Counted from the first letter of the stretch, positions 12,460 through 26,903 are shown. The stretch is DNA of 64,000 nt from Takakia lepidozioides (GCA_030704615.1 CM060733.1:30318001-30382000), one strand, 5' to 3'. Notes: generated by a model from the letters alone, not told the origin. Numbers and translations are program-made.

Positions 12460-13085
12460 GTGAGCGATGCTTTTGTAGTGGGTCGACAAAATTTTTGGAG
12501 AGGATTTTACAGCGAGAGAGTATTATCCCGATCTGCGAGAGAGAGAGAGCCAGTTGCATGTGGTGATGTGTTTGCTACAATTCACGAAATTCATGAGGAT
12601 TTGAGTCCTCCAAGGATGGAGTTATTCTCAAGTGAGGTGTCTTACGTTAGATCTACAACTGACAAATGGTATGCAGATTCGGCTGCTACGCAACACATGA
12701 CAGATAAGAAGCATTGGTTCAGTGAATTAGAACCTGAGCGAAAGGGTTACTGGGGAGTTGCTGTGGCCAATGACCAGACCAAGTGGGTTGCAGGTGTTGG
12801 AGATATTAAGATCCTTTCTCTTGTACATGGTCAATGGCAACCAGGAGTTATTCAAAGAGTTTTGTATATCCCTGGATTGTGTCGAAATCTGCTGTCCGTA
12901 GGACAAATGGATGACAAGAAAATTACAGCGGTATATGAAAATGGTCGTGTAGAGATGAGAGAGAAGTCCAAGAATGGACCAGTCATGATGGAAGGAGTTA
13001 AGATAGGACAACTTTACAAGATGAATATGAAGGTAGTTGTTCCAAAGTCACACGCCAATTCTGTCCTAGAAGTTGGGAGCTCTAC
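12460..13085 (+). pseudogene. Copia protease region, truncated
   Basis: WYADSAATQHM and VLYIPGLCRNLLSVGQM motifs. Confidence 0.8.
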
Positions 13086-13134
13086 GTGTGAAGTCTCAAA
13101 TCTTGAGAGGCCTAGAAAGGTCCAAATGTTGTTA

Positions 13135-15469
13135 CTCTGCATACCTTGTGATTTCAGATAGGCATCAATTTTGGCGTACCACGCTCTAGGGGCGTGCTTC
13201 AAGCCGTACAAAGCTTTGAGAAGTCCACATACCAATTAATCATCCCCGTTGAATGTTCCCTCCGGTTGTTCCATGTATACTTCGTCATCAAGGTCTCCAT
13301 TGAGAAATGTCGTGTTCACATGAAGATGGTAGATGGGCCATGTGTTGTATGCGGCTAGAGCAACTATGGTCCGAATTGTTCCCCACTTGACTACTGGCGC
13401 AAAGGTCTCATCAAAGTCGATTCCCTCCCTTTGCTCAAATCCACGAGCAACCAGCCGAGCTTTGAGTTTTTTTGGGGTGCCATCAGCCTTGTGTTTCACT
13501 TTGAAAATCCATTTCGTAGTGATTGACCTCTTTCCAAGAGGAAGAGGGACTAGTTCCTAAGTCTGATTCTTGGCAATGGAGTCTAGCTCCTGTTTCATTG
13601 CATCCCTCCAGCCAGAAATTTTGTTAGCCTCGGTGAAGGTTGAAGGTTCATAAGGAACCTCGAGTGTGTTTACCTCATAGTCCTGTAGATGTGCAGGGCG
13701 GCGTCGTCGTCGTCGGGCTGGACGAATGAGGGAGACAGGTCTGTACAGTGCAACTCTGGGAGATCCAAGTTCGGGCCCTGATTTCTCAAGTGGTGGATGT
13801 GCTGGGACAAAATCTGGTTCTAAAGTGACTTGAGATTGGAGTGTAACCTCCTTTGAGCCCTCCTTATCAGCATGAATCGGAAGATCAACATGTAGATCTA
13901 GGGCCTTCGGTGATGAGGATGTTGAGTTAACATCAATGACTAGGGGAGACTCTTCCAAGTTGTCTGTCGGTGGAGTAGCATAAATAGTTGGTGGATCTAT
14001 ACTTACGGGCTGTTCTATGAATCGGACATCTCTGCTGATGAAAATCTTCCTTGAGAGAGGATTATACAGCCTGTATCCTTTCGTAGTGGTGTCATATCCA
14101 ACAAAAATGCATTCCTCAGACTTAGAGTCTAATTTGTTGCGTTTATGTTTTTCTATGTGAACATATGAGATGCTCCCAAAGACTCTCAAATGGCTCAAGT
14201 CTGGTATGATACCTGAGAAGAGTTCGTAAGGAGTTGACCCTAAGTTCGCTTTTGATGGAGATCTGTTCAGCAGATACACCCCTGTATTCACCGCTTCAGT
14301 CCACAGATACTTGGGTAGAGTTTTTTTCCAGTAAAAGACTTCTTGCATGTTCAAGAAGCGTTCTATTTTTTCATTCGGCAACACCGTTTTGTTGCGGTGT
14401 ATGGGGCTGAGTAAGTTGGCGTTGGATGTTGGTTGCTTGCAGAAACGCAGTGAACTCTCCTGATAAGAACTTTCCGCCCCTGTCTGTGCGAAGCTTGACA
14501 ATAGACATGTCAGTGGCATTTTCTATCATAGCTTTAAACACTTTGAAGTGTTTCAAGGCCTCACTCTTAGCCTTTAGGAAATACAAGTAAACCTACTGTG
14601 GTCGTGCATGATGGTCATGAAATACCTTGATCTTGAGAGTGATGGCACTGGGAGTGGACCACATAGGTCCATATGTACCAATTCGAGGATTTTCTTTGCC
14701 CTGTTTTGAGATGACCAATGAAATCTTTCCCGGTGTTGCTTCCCCATGAGACATTCACACCACACCTCTTTCAGTAATGGTAGTTTCGGTATTCCTTCCG
14801 TTTTGTTGTGATTTGACAGATAGTGGAGTCTGTGAAAGTTTAGGTGCCCAAGCCGTCTATGCCATAATCTAGCAGAAGTATCATCTTCTACAGAGAGAAC
14901 TTCAGTACTGTCTACGACATGAGATTCTAGTGATCGTGAAGGTGTGATTCTACTTTATACAAACTATTCTTTGGGTCCCTATTACCACTGAGTCTAATCG
15001 TGTGTGGAGATTTTGAGTCTACAAAACTACATTTTCTAGAACTAAAAATTCCTATGTGACCTGAATTTATCATGGCACCTACAGAAATCTGATTTTTGTT
15101 AACTCCAGGCATGTAGAGAACATCAGTTATCTTTTTTATTGCTCCATTTGAAAGCTACATGTTGGCATGGCCTTTGCCTGCCACATTGTGATGTTGTCCC
15201 CCAGCTGATCTCACGGTGTTTGTACGAGCTGGTATTACTACGTTCTGTAGCAGGGACTTGTTCCCAAAGATATATCTACTAGCTCCTGAGTCTACGTACC
15301 AATCAGACTCTTTCCCTACGTCCATGGAGGTTAATGCGACTTCTAGCATATGAGCTGAGTCGGCAATATCATCATCCTCAGGGCCAGAGCCGTCTTGATC
15401 ACTTTGATCATCTTCAATCATGTTGGCTTGCTGTGTGGAGCGAATCTTGAGGACTTCCTCATATGGCAC
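13135..15469 (-). pseudogene. Copia pol (PR-INT-RT N-terminal half), fragmented
   Basis: ORFs 15155..15469, 14574..14765, 14371..14586, 13557..14519, 13236..13499 and 13014..13235. Confidence 0.9.
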
Positions 15470-16725
15470 AGTGCAGTTTCGAGCTCAGTGGTCGGGCTTG
15501 CCGCATCTGTTGCAGCAAGATGTGAATTTCTTGATGTGAAAGTTTCCGTGATTGGCCCCTCCTTCTTTTTGATGAAATTTCTTGAACTTCACCCAAACGT
15601 ATAACAACATTCGTCGTCAGCACGTGGACTATGTCCGATGATCTTGCGCTTGAGCTCTCGTCAAGATTCCTTCGAATACATAAACACACAGAAAACAAGA
15701 AAGTTCTTCGAAATCCGGCAATTCTCTTTGTACGCATCTCATGATTGATTGAGTGTAAAATGCACGTATGCAATTTGGAAGGGGCATTCATACCATCTCT
15801 GAAAGAACATCATTCTCATATGGTCTACTCCAAAACAAGCAAGTTGATTCACCAAGTCAGTGACTGTGCCTAGAAAACAGATACTCCATGGAAGTGGTCA
15901 TCAATCTTTTTTGAGAAGAGATAATTTCGTTCTGTGTTTGACCTTCTAGAGTTTAGATTTGACCTCAAACACCTTTGCTAGATGATCCCAGCTCCATATA
16001 ATGCAGTTGACGACTCACTGAGGGGATAGTCTGTCACCAAACAGAGTGTCCCGAATAAACGACAAGGGCTTTTCCCATTTGTATGTTTGTTTCATCCAAA
16101 GGAAACAATTCTTCAGTGTCCTTAGTTACTTCAAACTGGAATCAGAACATGGATAAATGGTCATCTCTCATCAGATGATTCTTAACCTGAAAACGCCCAT
16201 ACAGCATAGTTAGATCTACCAACTAACTTGTTTTGTTTAGAGAATCCTAATCCCATATTCTCCCCGTTAGTAGTCATCGTGACTGAGAAGAAGAACAAAA
16301 GGAAAGAAAAGAAACACTATCTATGTTAGTGATGCATGTGTAGAAAGAGATTTTGCAACGTTAGTAGCAGAGGATTAGTCGACAACCAAATAGTCGCAGG
16401 TTAGTACAGAAGCAGTCAGATGGAGCACTGCTCACAACAGATTCAAGATAAAAAAAACAACTCAAAAGATATCAGTATGGTGGAGCAAGGCTACACACCA
16501 AGACAAACACACAGAAATCTTCCTAGTGATTTCTAACACTTAGTAAAGTGATTCCCAAGGTCTTCCCCCTAGCTCTGATACCATGTTGAACTCACGAGTA
16601 CTATTCCAGAGGATCCATTGGACCTGAATACAAAGAGAGCAGGAACTAACCTATTTAACTACATGACCATGGCCCAAAGGTATACTCTAGAATTAGCAAA
16701 GCCTATCTTTAACATAAAGCTAACA
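13135..16725 (-). mobile_element. Ty1/Copia element, 5' half (5'LTR-PBS-gag-PR-INT-RT N-terminus), degenerate
   Basis: 5'LTR 16584-16725 (internally deleted). PBS TGGTATCAGAGC at 16572-16583. WYVDSGAS protease, HMDLCGP/LRTDRGG/QNGVAE integrase, KARLVARGF and LYGLKHAPRAW RT. Confidence 0.9.
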
Positions 16726-17513
16726 AGTTCATGATCCAGCGTGAGACTTAAACTTGGATAACTTCCCCAATGATACAGGTATAGTGTGTAGTAACATTCT
16801 TCTGGGGACATTTGGAATTCTATCGAAATCATAATATTGATGTCCAAGATATATACATATATACGCACATTGGTACGTATCCATATACGTATCCAACTAG
16901 ATTGGTGGACTATTCTATGAAAGGAATATAGGAGATGTACGCAGTACCACACAAGAAAAATTTAAAGCTGAAGACAATAGATGATTGAAGGACTAAACCC
17001 TAAATGCAATATTGTATTAAATTACCTTCAGATAGGTAATTAAACTGACAAAAATCAAAGTAACAAACTAATTTGATTGGAATTGAACACATGCATATGC
17101 TTGTCACTCTAAACATATATCAACTTGAAAGTAACCATGTATGACTAATGTAGTTCTCATGCGACATGTAGTGGTCTAGACTTGTTTTTTTTCGTCTTTG
17201 TCGCACAAAGAGTAGGAGGTGCCTTAGGGTTTTTGACTCTCTATTTCCTTGAAATCGTCAAACTTGATCGATTAGGAAATAAGCAACTTTTTGTACTTTT
17301 AATCCCCATTGAGCCATTGAATTAGAGATAGGGAAATTTGAAACTAAATAGGAACAGATGGTTCTGGGGTCAAATCCTGCTACCTGGACGGGTTCGATAT
17401 GTTCTTCTCTCCTTTCCTTTGGGCGGTGTCCCATGCGAAAGCCTTCAGGGCGAGGTACTCTGAAAGAGGTTAGTTTTCTCCTCTCACTATAATTAAGGGG
17501 CCTGAATTTTGAG

Positions 17514-18015
17514 GCCTCTCATACTTGAATAATTGGGAGTTTAAGGCTGACGTGTGAGCCAAGCAGTAGGCCCCATGCATGGATGTCGACCACCCGCCGG
17601 GTCCGGGTCTGCTCAGGGTCTGTTGGCAGGTCAGGGGTCGGATCTTCTCGAGGGTAGGGTCTGCTCACAGGTGTGCAACACCAGCCGGAACCATCATTAA
17701 TGCTCATTTGGCGCAGCCGGAGTTGAATCCACAACCTCGTAGGTACCACTGAATGCGCCCAACCACCACACTACCCGCTACTTACTACTACCCCAACATT
17801 TTTTTTTTAATCTCTTAACCTAGAAAACAGCCGCAGTCAGCCCCAATGCCGCCTAGGTCACCATACCTCGGGGCAGACCCATGCTCGCGGCAGACCCACC
17901 CGGGTGGGTCATGGGTCGCGGCGGGGCCACCCAGGGGCGCCCGACGTCCGTGCATGGGGCCGCTGCCTGGCTCACATGTGAACCTTAAACTCCAAATTAT
18001 TCAACAATGAGAAGC
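17514..18015. mobile_element. Mutator-type MITE with ~75-bp TIRs
   Basis: 17514-17588 is the inverted complement of ~17942-18015. Near-identical 9-bp flanks AATTTTGAG / ATTTTTGAG. Confidence 0.75.
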
Positions 18016-18098
18016 ATTTTTGAGCTGTCACTCCCATGTGTTTTCCAGTGTTCGACCAGTATATAGGTCCAACCAAGGTATCAATACTTAGGTGATAC

Positions 18099-18693
18099 CA
18101 GCGTTGGGCGGATATAGAGTCATCAGGATATCAATAGTAGGATATCAACCCGGATATCAATGTATCCGGATCCGGATCCGGCAACTATTTGATATCCGGC
18201 TATTGTTTATATCCGGCAGATACATAAAATGGAGAATCCGGATAGGATCCTACCCACCGGATATAAAAAGGTTTAATAACCGGATTGTATCCGGATATGT
18301 AGCCAAAATACCAGATCTCAACCGGATACAAGAAAATCAAATCAAATATTAATATTTTATTAGAATTTTAATAATTTCAATTGATTAAATAAAATTAAAA
18401 ACACAATTGCGAGTAAATCTCAATAAAGTCAAATCAGGGCTACAATCCCCCTATTTAACAAAAAGTTATATTTCATGATTATTTATATCCGTATAACCGC
18501 CGGATATTAAAATCTAAATATCCGGACTTATTTATATCTGGCAGATTCTTAAAAACTTCCACTATGCATAACCGGCGGATATTAGAAATGCAAATTATTC
18601 TAATATCCGGATCCGCATGATATATCATTCACTAATTTGTCAAGTATCCGGACCCGGCGGATATTAAAAAAAACTAAGAACCGCCCAACACTG
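18099..18693. mobile_element. hAT-type MITE
   Basis: TIRs CAGCGTTGGGCGG / CCGCCCAACACTG. 8-bp TSD GGTGATAC / GGTGAGAC. Many ATCCGG/CCGGAT subterminal motifs. Confidence 0.85.
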
Positions 18694-19569
18694 GGTGAGA
18701 CCATACCCGGCTGGTAGGTAGGGTGGCCAATACCTTGGGCAATACCTTATTAGGGGCAATACGTACCTTGCTCCATATTGTGGTAGATACTATATACCCG
18801 GTTGGTATTGCAATGGACGAGATTGTTATTGATACCAGTATTGCTACAATGAGCCTCCAAACGACAGAGTAGTAATAGTGATAGTAATAATAATAATAAT
18901 AATAATAAACCAATAATTGGGACGTTATGGCGCACGCGCGAGTTGACCGGTGGGCCCCGCGCACGGACGCCCGGCTCCTCCCGCCCGGACCGCCCCGCCC
19001 GCCGCTGCCGCGGCCCCAGCAGCCGCGGCCCACCAACCGCACCCGCGCTCCGCCGCGCCCTCAGTCCGACGCGGCCAGTCCGCCCGCCAGTCCGCTGCCT
19101 GTGAGTCCAGTTCTCCTCAGTCCGCCAAACCGCCAGTCTGCCAGCCAGTCCGTTGTGCATGCCCAGTCCCCGCAAGTTCACCCAACAGTCCGATGTGCCC
19201 GTCTGCTGCCCCCCAGTCTGCCAGTCTACCAGTCCGCGCCGGCCGAAGGATCTGGATCGTCCATTCTAAGAAATCCATCCGCGCCATCCATGCCAGTCTG
19301 TTGTGCCAGTCTCGGCCAGTCCACCCAACAGTCTGCCCGCCAGTCCGCCGCCCATGAGTCCGCTTTCCTCCAGTCCACTGATGATGCCGCATCTAGACCG
19401 TCCGTTTGTAAATGCCATCTGAGCCCTTCATTTTTAGGGCATAAATTCAAACCTTATCCCTGCTGCCTGCCACTTGCCAGCAGCCGTGAACGTGCGCACT
19501 GATGCTCCTTGCACGTTGTCCATCGTGTCTAGTGTACTGCGGCGCGTTTCTTGCAAGTTCTGAAGCGTG

Positions 19570-20755
19570 TCCTCTGTACTGTACAAGGCATGGACGTGGA
19601 AGCAGAAGGTGATGATATACTAAAAACCAAATGTTGGATTATACGGCCTCTTCAACAAAGTTTGCAAACACCCAAACCAGGACCCTTCAACATGAAGGAC
19701 CTCCAATGGAAGAGAGACACGCAATATGGTTATATCCAGGTGCCAGACAGAATGTTTAGAAGGCCTGCATACCGTGGGATAGAGATGATGACTTTTTCCT
19801 TGGAGAGGAGAGTTTGGTGGACTACCCCGCTCAGTTTTGGGTGAATGTCCATACTAAAGTGCAACCCGGCATGCTAAAAGAGCCGAGAGCCAATAGTTTT
19901 CTGAACAGTATCATGTGTGCACCATCCTCATCGTCTTTTTGTAGTCTGATTGCATGTCTATTGCCATTTTTCGTACCCACGTTCTATGATTTCATGCTTC
20001 CAGAAGTTGATGGATATCTTGTGATTTTTATGTTAAGGTATCAATGCTGTTATGGTCCAGATGACAAGCGCACCAACAATGCGATAGTGGAGGATCCCAA
20101 ACTGAAACGTGGAGGACCTCTTGTGGGTGCTGGAACATCTCACCCTCATAAAGGCGTGGTTGTCAATGTTGTTTCAAGGTCCAGCAATGCTATCTCGCCC
20201 CCGACATTTGTGTCCTCACGTACTACAACAATATGGAGCATACAGACACGAAAGGGAACGCCTGTCATGGGAAGTCCGCTGAGTTCAAGAACACTCGCCA
20301 CGCCTATGCACCACACATTAGCGAGGAATTGAAAGCATGGGTCATGGAGTGTCTGTGCCGAGGCCTGTCAGTCGCCCAAATCATGATGGAACATAAAGAG
20401 CACGTCATGAACAACACCGGGTTGGGGGATGCATGGACACGAGACAATTTTTTGTTGGAGCAGGATGTGCGCAACCTGACCGAGAAACGGGCGTGGCAAT
20501 TGTTCAAAAAACATGCCAACGATGCGGAGAGTGTCCGCATGTGGAAAGACCAAAACCCGAAATCGGTCTTTTTCTATCAAGAGGAGAAATTGGCGCCAAC
20601 ATTCAAGCACTACGATGGCGACTTAACATTCACAATCGACATACAAACTGAGTGGCAGAAGAAGCGAATACTTCAATTAGGCCATGCTCGTATCGTTGCA
20701 TGCGATGCAACCTTCGGGACAAATCACCACAAGGCACTCTTCATCCCTTTCACAA
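19570..20755 (+). pseudogene. MULE/SWIM-family transposase, N-terminal part to first catalytic Asp; intron-containing, truncated by Gypsy insertion
   Basis: KKHANDAESVRMW...FFYQE...IQTEWQ...VACDATFGTN, typical of plant MULE-like SWIM proteins. Confidence 0.7.
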
Positions 20756-20811
20756 TTTATCCACTTGCAGAAGTAGTGGATGTACGCACACTGGCAGCAT
20801 CTGACATTATG

Positions 20812-21535
20812 TGTCGCGCACCTCACTTCGGTAAGCTCCCCTTCAAGTCATAGTTACTCACTTTGATGCGCGCGCCTAACTCCCAACCTGGCCGCCGAGC
20901 CAACTCGGAGCTTCGGCTGCTCACCGGGACATAATGGTCCCCCTTCACTCTTCCAAAAGACCCTCCACCAATTTGGGCCTAATGGAGATTCCTTTTGGTA
21001 GATGGCAGTCCGGAATAGCTCCCCACTCCTTGGTCGCTTTCCGGCTCGCTCGCTTACTCACTAGTTTTTGGTCACCAACGGGCTTGCACCGTTCTCGTGG
21101 TTACTACTCCCTATATATACTTCTGTGACTGTCCGCGGGGGTTTCACAAACAACCATGCCATTTTCTGGCGAACCACCACGAAGACCATCGATTCCCGGT
21201 GATGAGTCGCAGTGAGTCTTGGCTCACCCACCACGGCCCCATTGGACTGTGATGAGTTCCAAGACTCCCCACGACTCCCCACCACAAGGTCTCCGCCCAT
21301 GGTGCGTCCTATGCCACCCCCACTAAGTCCCACTAAGCTACCACCACCCCTCGTGGAACCACCCCCACCGCAACCCGGTGTGCGGGGCTCCACCTAGTGA
21401 GCGCCTCCGCCTCCTTGAGTGCCTGGGCACTCAAGGGTGCTTCAGCCCCCGCATCTATTGTTGCCACTGCCCCCACCACAGGGGCAGCCCCTCTCGTGTC
21501 CCGACCCCCTGCCCTCAAGGCAAAGGGCCGCGACA
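20812..21535 (-). repeat. LTR (3') of Gypsy copy 1
   Basis: TGTCGCG...CGCGACA, homologous to the LTRs starting at 26516, 47223 and 53494. Confidence 0.9.
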
Positions 21536-22331
21536 CACACCCCTACCAACAGGGAGTCGATGTCCTCATCGACTTGTCCATTTTGTAGAAACAAACATCC
21601 AAGTTGTGGCGTCCCACATCAAGGAGTTTGTTTCCGTGCCATGGCGTGCTATGGCAAAGAACCAAACCCCCACTTGACTCTACTCTCCACTAGCTAGTTC
21701 GGCCGACTTCCTCCAAGTTCCGGCCAAGGGTGGAGCCTCTCAAGCTCCTCCCAGTGCACTCTTCTTGGCCCACTTCAAGGCCAAGGAACGATCCTCCCCG
21801 AGGATCAAATCGCCTTACTGCAACAACTTTTGCTTACGACCGCTCATGATGCTGCTTTTGACATCACCTTGAGCAAGGGTTCACCTTGAACCCCTTTTTT
21901 TGATTAGGAAGATAACCTTGAACCAACCGTGCGCCCCAATCACTACAATTGGGTCCATCTTGGAATGTTGGCCTGAGGTATGGGAATACGCCGAAGCCGC
22001 ACTACGACTTCGTCCCGAGGCTACACGATTATAGTACGTGAACGGAAGCACGTAGCTTCCGCGTTAACCCGCACTACAAGGCAACCCCCTCGGTAGCGCA
22101 GTTATAGTACGCGCACGCGCCAGGTGCGCACTAGCACGTGAACTCCCAAGGAAGGCACAAGTTTCCTTGCCCCTTGGATGGGAGTCACCCGATTTCGGCA
22201 CTGCGCAAACACACGATCAACCCAATTTACCTCTCCCACTTTTGTAAGCTAGCATGCATTCTACACACTAGCCAACCATACCATGCATCACCATTCAAAC
22301 AAAATAAGACACACAACATTTGGAAACCATT

Positions 22332-25300
22332 TCATTTATACGAAGATACGAACTTTGGACTCACTTCGGGAGGTAGTCGGAAATTCTTGATGTTCAACCA
22401 GACCTCCATGCCTGCCTCAAACTTAACTTCCCTCCGCTTCCGATTCGCCTGCCATTCATACCGTTTCCTTGCTTTCGCAATGTTGTACTTTGCGGAGTGT
22501 TTTGTGTTATTATAACAGAACTTTGCCGCATCCAAGTGCTTCACCCAGTCCGATTGGTCTGCCGACACGTAATTCCGCAAGATCTGTTTCACCATGGAAT
22601 TCACCATTTCCATTTGGCTGTCCGTCGTAGGTCGGAAGGCGGTGCTCATCTTGAGCCTCGTCCCCATTTTCTTCCAAAGTGCCCTCCAAAATTTACTTGT
22701 AAACTTTGGATCGCGGTCCGAGACAATATCCTTCGGGAGTCCATGATGCTTGAAGACGTGGGTGAAGTAAAGTCGCCCCGTCTCCTACACCGTTGCCGTC
22801 TCCTTGGTGGGGATGAAATGGCCCATTTTACTGAACCTATCCACCACCACCATGATTGTACCGAATCCTTTTGACAGCGGCATAGCAGTCATGAAATCTA
22901 TCGAGACACTTTCCCAAGACCCCTCTGGAATCGGCAAGGGTTGTAACAGCCCTGCTTGCTTTTTGTACTCACTCCGATTTTGTTGGCATGTGGTGCATGT
23001 CTTGACATACTCCTCGGCCTCCTCCCTCAGTTTGGGCCATAAATACTCTTTCTTCAAGAGTGCCACGGTGCGCTTGGCTCCGTCGTGGCCCGCAAGCGGG
23101 CCATCATGGCATTCTCTCAAGAGACTATCTCTGATCCCTCCCTCGGCACGTAGAGACGCTTTTGCTTATACCGGAGCAGTCCATGAAACTGAATGAAGTG
23201 GAGCGAAGGTGGCCTACGCACGAGAAAGAAATGAAGGCGGTGATGCATTGCCTTGAGCTTTGGCGCCACTATGTTGGTTCCAACCCGGTAAAGGTGTTCA
23301 CGGACAATATCACGGTGAAGTATTTTGCCACGCAACCTAAGTTGTCCCCAAAACAACTTAGGTGACAAGACACTTTGGCGGTGTTCGACGTGGATATCCA
23401 GTACAAACCGGGACGGGACAATGTGGTGGCCGATGCGTTAAGTAGAAAATAGCAACTCATGTTGGTGTACAGGGGCGAGACGGTGCTCCAAATGAAGATC
23501 CGGAAGGCTTACCGGAAGGATGAGATGGCGAAGTCCGTGATGCAGGACTTGAGGATGGGGGTTAAATCGTTCGTAAGCCACTGGACGTCCATCCTGCATG
23601 AGCGCACCCCCTATTGCGAAGTCCGACGCATCCGTATGAATCTCAAATGGACGGTCGAACTCCGGGATTTTGAGGACTGGAGCTTCCGCCATCCGTTGTT
23701 TCAACTCGGCAAAAGCTTGGCCACAGAAGGTGTTCCATACCCAGACTTTGGATTTACACAGAAGGTCTGACAGCGGCCCCGCGATCTTGGCGAAATTTCT
23801 CACATACTTCCGGTAATAGGAGGCGAGTCCTAGGAAGGATCGCACTCCCGGGACCAAAGTCGGAGGCTCCCAGTCCAAGATTGCCCTCACCTTCCTGTCG
23901 TCCATTTTGATCATATCCTGTGTAATCACATGCCCCCGGAACTCCACCTTTGTGACCCTGAATTCGCACTTTGAAGCTTTGGCATACAGCTTCCCTTCCC
24001 GCAATTTCTGGAACACCCTTTTGAGGTGCTCCAGGTGCTCTTCCTTTGTTTTTGAGTACACCAGTATGTCGTCGATGTATACGATCACAAAGTCATCCAA
24101 CCACTCCTGGAAAAGGCTGTTCATCAGCGTGCTAAAGGTTGCGGGTGCGTTGGTGAGCCCAAAAGGCATTACCAAGAACTCAAATGAACCATACCTTGTC
24201 CTGCATGCGGTCTTCTCCTCATCTCCTTCCACTACTCGAATTTGATGATAGTCGGAGCGCAAATCGATCCGGCTGAAATACTTCGCTCCCGCCAACCGAT
24301 CAAAAAGGTCGTCGATCCTTGGCAAAGGGCACCGGTTTTTTATAGTCACGTTATTCAGAGCCCTGTAGTCGACACACATCCGCAGCGTCCCATCCTTCTT
24401 GTTTGCGAATAGCACTGGGGCTCCATAAGGTGACTTACTCGGCCAGATGTACCCCTTTGACATTAGATCCTTGAGTTGAGTCTTCAGCTTGACCAACTCT
24501 CTGTGGCTCAACCGGTAGGGCGCCTTGGCAGGCGGCTCCAATCCCGGTATCACCTCAATCTTGTGGTCAATTCCTCTTCGTGGTGGCAAGCCGCTTGGTA
24601 AATCCTTCGGCATCACATCCTGGTATTTGTCCAAAATCCCCTTGATCCAATCTAGGCTCGGCTCCCTATCGCCTCCTCCCATCACTTGTCTTACGTAAAG
24701 CAAAAACTGGGGCTCGTGTGGCTCCTCCATGGCCCACTCCTTTGCTGACAACAGGTTTATTTGCCCTCCCACTGGGTTGGGCGTTTCCGACACTCTTAAA
24801 ACTTCGCCACCATTCCCACACGGTAACGTGATTATTCTCTTGCGGCCATCTATGACCGCTCCGGATTTGCTCAAAAATGTCATCCCCAAAATGAGATCCA
24901 CTCCATCGATCTCGCAAATGGTGAAGGTCTCACGTCCCTCCCAACTCCCCAGCTGAAAATGAACATCGAACGCCAACCTCGTCGCCAATTGTGGTTCTCC
25001 TTTGGCAGAACGCACCTCAATAGAGGCCCCCACATCACTCGTCGGGAACACCAGCTTCCGTGCCATTGTCGGTGTCATGAAGGAGTGCGACGCTCCTGTG
25101 TCCACCAACAACGACACGTTAGTTCCGGAGATTATCCCACTCACAAACATTAACTAACTCCCTTTACGCAAAGCGTCAGTTTCTTTGATCATGTGGAATA
25201 TAATGTTGGTAGGATTTACCAAACATGGGTGTGGTAGGAATGCTTTGGCGACCTATGAGCACACAATAGTAGTTGCCTATCTTGCAAGTGTTGGCGACCA

Positions 25301-26514
25301 CCGCCTCTATCAAGCGGCTAATGGAAACTTCGGACAGCTCCGTGGCTGCCCGAGTCATATTCAATTGTCGGGGTTTTGTGCACTTCTTGGCCATGTGCCC
25401 GGGCTCCCCGCAATTAAAGCACACTCCATCGAACGTCGCATTCTGTCCGCCATAAGCCGCCGCACCTGATTTTCCTTTCGGAGCACCGGGTGCCACCTTG
25501 ACGTGTGAAGGCCCTCCCTTCGATTTCCATGTGCCATTGTCGCCGCGTGGCCTATTCCACTTCTTTTCCGGTCGGAAAGAGTCACCTTCTCGCCGGGTCT
25601 TCTTGTGGTTCAGCTCCGTACGGCCTTGTCTTTTGCCCCTAGGGACATCCAAGAAACATTCAGCCCTCTCAATTGCCTCGTTCAAAGTCTTAAGTGGCTT
25701 CTCCTCCAACTTCCGCCACAAAGTTGGCTTCTTCTCCGTCTTAGGTGGCTTCTCCCGCCACAAAGTTGAAGACCATTTCTGGTTCTGCCATGTCCGCGAC
25801 TTCGAGTAGCAGCACATTGAAAGCTTGAACATATTCCCGAATGTCGTCCGTTTGCTTCAAATTCCTCATCTTGTCCCGAGCGAGCCAAAACGCGTTGAGG
25901 GGCACAAACTGTCTCTTCATAAGTTCCTTGAACCCACTCCAGTTCAAGGTTTCCGGGTTTGGACCTTGGTCGTGAAGGTGTTTCTGCCACCATTGTTGAG
26001 CATAGCCCCTCAAATAGGTGGGAGCCACTTCCACCCGATCCTCGTCACTCAACTTGGCCGCCCGGAAGTACTGCTCTAGCTCCAAGAGCTAGGTGTTGAG
26101 TGCCTTCCGATTTCAGACGCCCTCGAAGGTGCCGGGTTCCTTAGGCTTCACCTTAAGCTTTGCCTTAGTGGAAGTGGCATTAGCCGCCTTTAACACGTTT
26201 TTCAGCGTCCCGCCAAACTACGCCAATAACCCTTTCCAAAAGGTTGCTGGCATTGGAGGCATCTGTTGGTCTGTAGGAGCTCTAAGGAATTCCTTAGGCT
26301 CCGACTCCTCAGATTCCTCCCGTTCTTGAGTGGCCTCGCTTTCAAAAGCATGCATTGCTTCCTCAAATGGCCGCTTCGGTGACTCGTCGCCCCCATCGGG
26401 CTCACCAGGATCATCATCTTTCGGGCCGTTCCGCTTTCGCTTTGGCTTGTCCGACCCCATGATGAGGCCGATCCCAAGGATGATCGCGTACTGAACTCTA
26501 AGCTCTGATACCAA
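22332..26514 (-). pseudogene. Gypsy gag-pol, fragmented
   Basis: ORFs 25741..26085, 25176..25832 (CCHC), 23438..25150 (LVDTGA, YIDDIL), 22785..23120 and 22332..22667. Confidence 0.9.
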
Positions 26515-26515
26515 G

Positions 26516-26903
26516 TGTCGCGCACCTCACTTTGATAAGCTTCCCTTCAAGTCATAGTTACTCACTTTGATGCGCGCGCCCAACTCCCAATCTGGCCGCC
26601 GGGCCAACTCGGAGCTTCGTCTCCTCACCGGGACATAATGGTCCCCCTTCACTCTTCCAAAAGACCCTCCACCAATTTGGGCCAAGTGGAGATTCCTTTT
26701 GGTAGATGGCAGTCCGGAATAGCTCAACACTCCTTGGTCGCTTTCCGGCTCGCTCGCTTACTCACTAGTTTTTGGTCACCAACGGGCTTGCACCGTTTTC
26801 GGGGTTACTACTCCCTATATATACTTTTGTGACTGTCCGCGGGGGTTTCACAAACAACCATGCCATTTTATGGCGAACCAACACGAAGACCCTCGATTCC
26901 CGG
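26516..26903 (-). repeat. Truncated 5' LTR of Gypsy copy 1
   Basis: Matches 20812-21199, then stops abruptly. Confidence 0.9.

Larger units (their letters stand above)
11123..13085 (+). mobile_element. Truncated Ty1/Copia element (LTR, PBS, gag, protease)
   Basis: PBS GGTTATGGGCCCA at 11493-11505, gag ORF 11643..12296, broken CCHC knuckle, protease WYADSAATQHM. Ends before integrase. LTR start is approximate. Confidence 0.8.
20812..26903 (-). mobile_element. Chromovirus-type Gypsy LTR retrotransposon, degenerate copy
   Basis: 3'LTR 20812-21535 (TG..CA), truncated 5'LTR 26516-26903, Met PBS 26502-26513. gag/PR/RT (YIDD)/INT ORFs. Same family as 47223-54237. Confidence 0.92.

Noticed and set aside
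18674-19502. Pro/Gly/Tyr-rich ORFs
   Set aside because: GC-rich transposon subterminal sequence plus a (TAA)n microsatellite.
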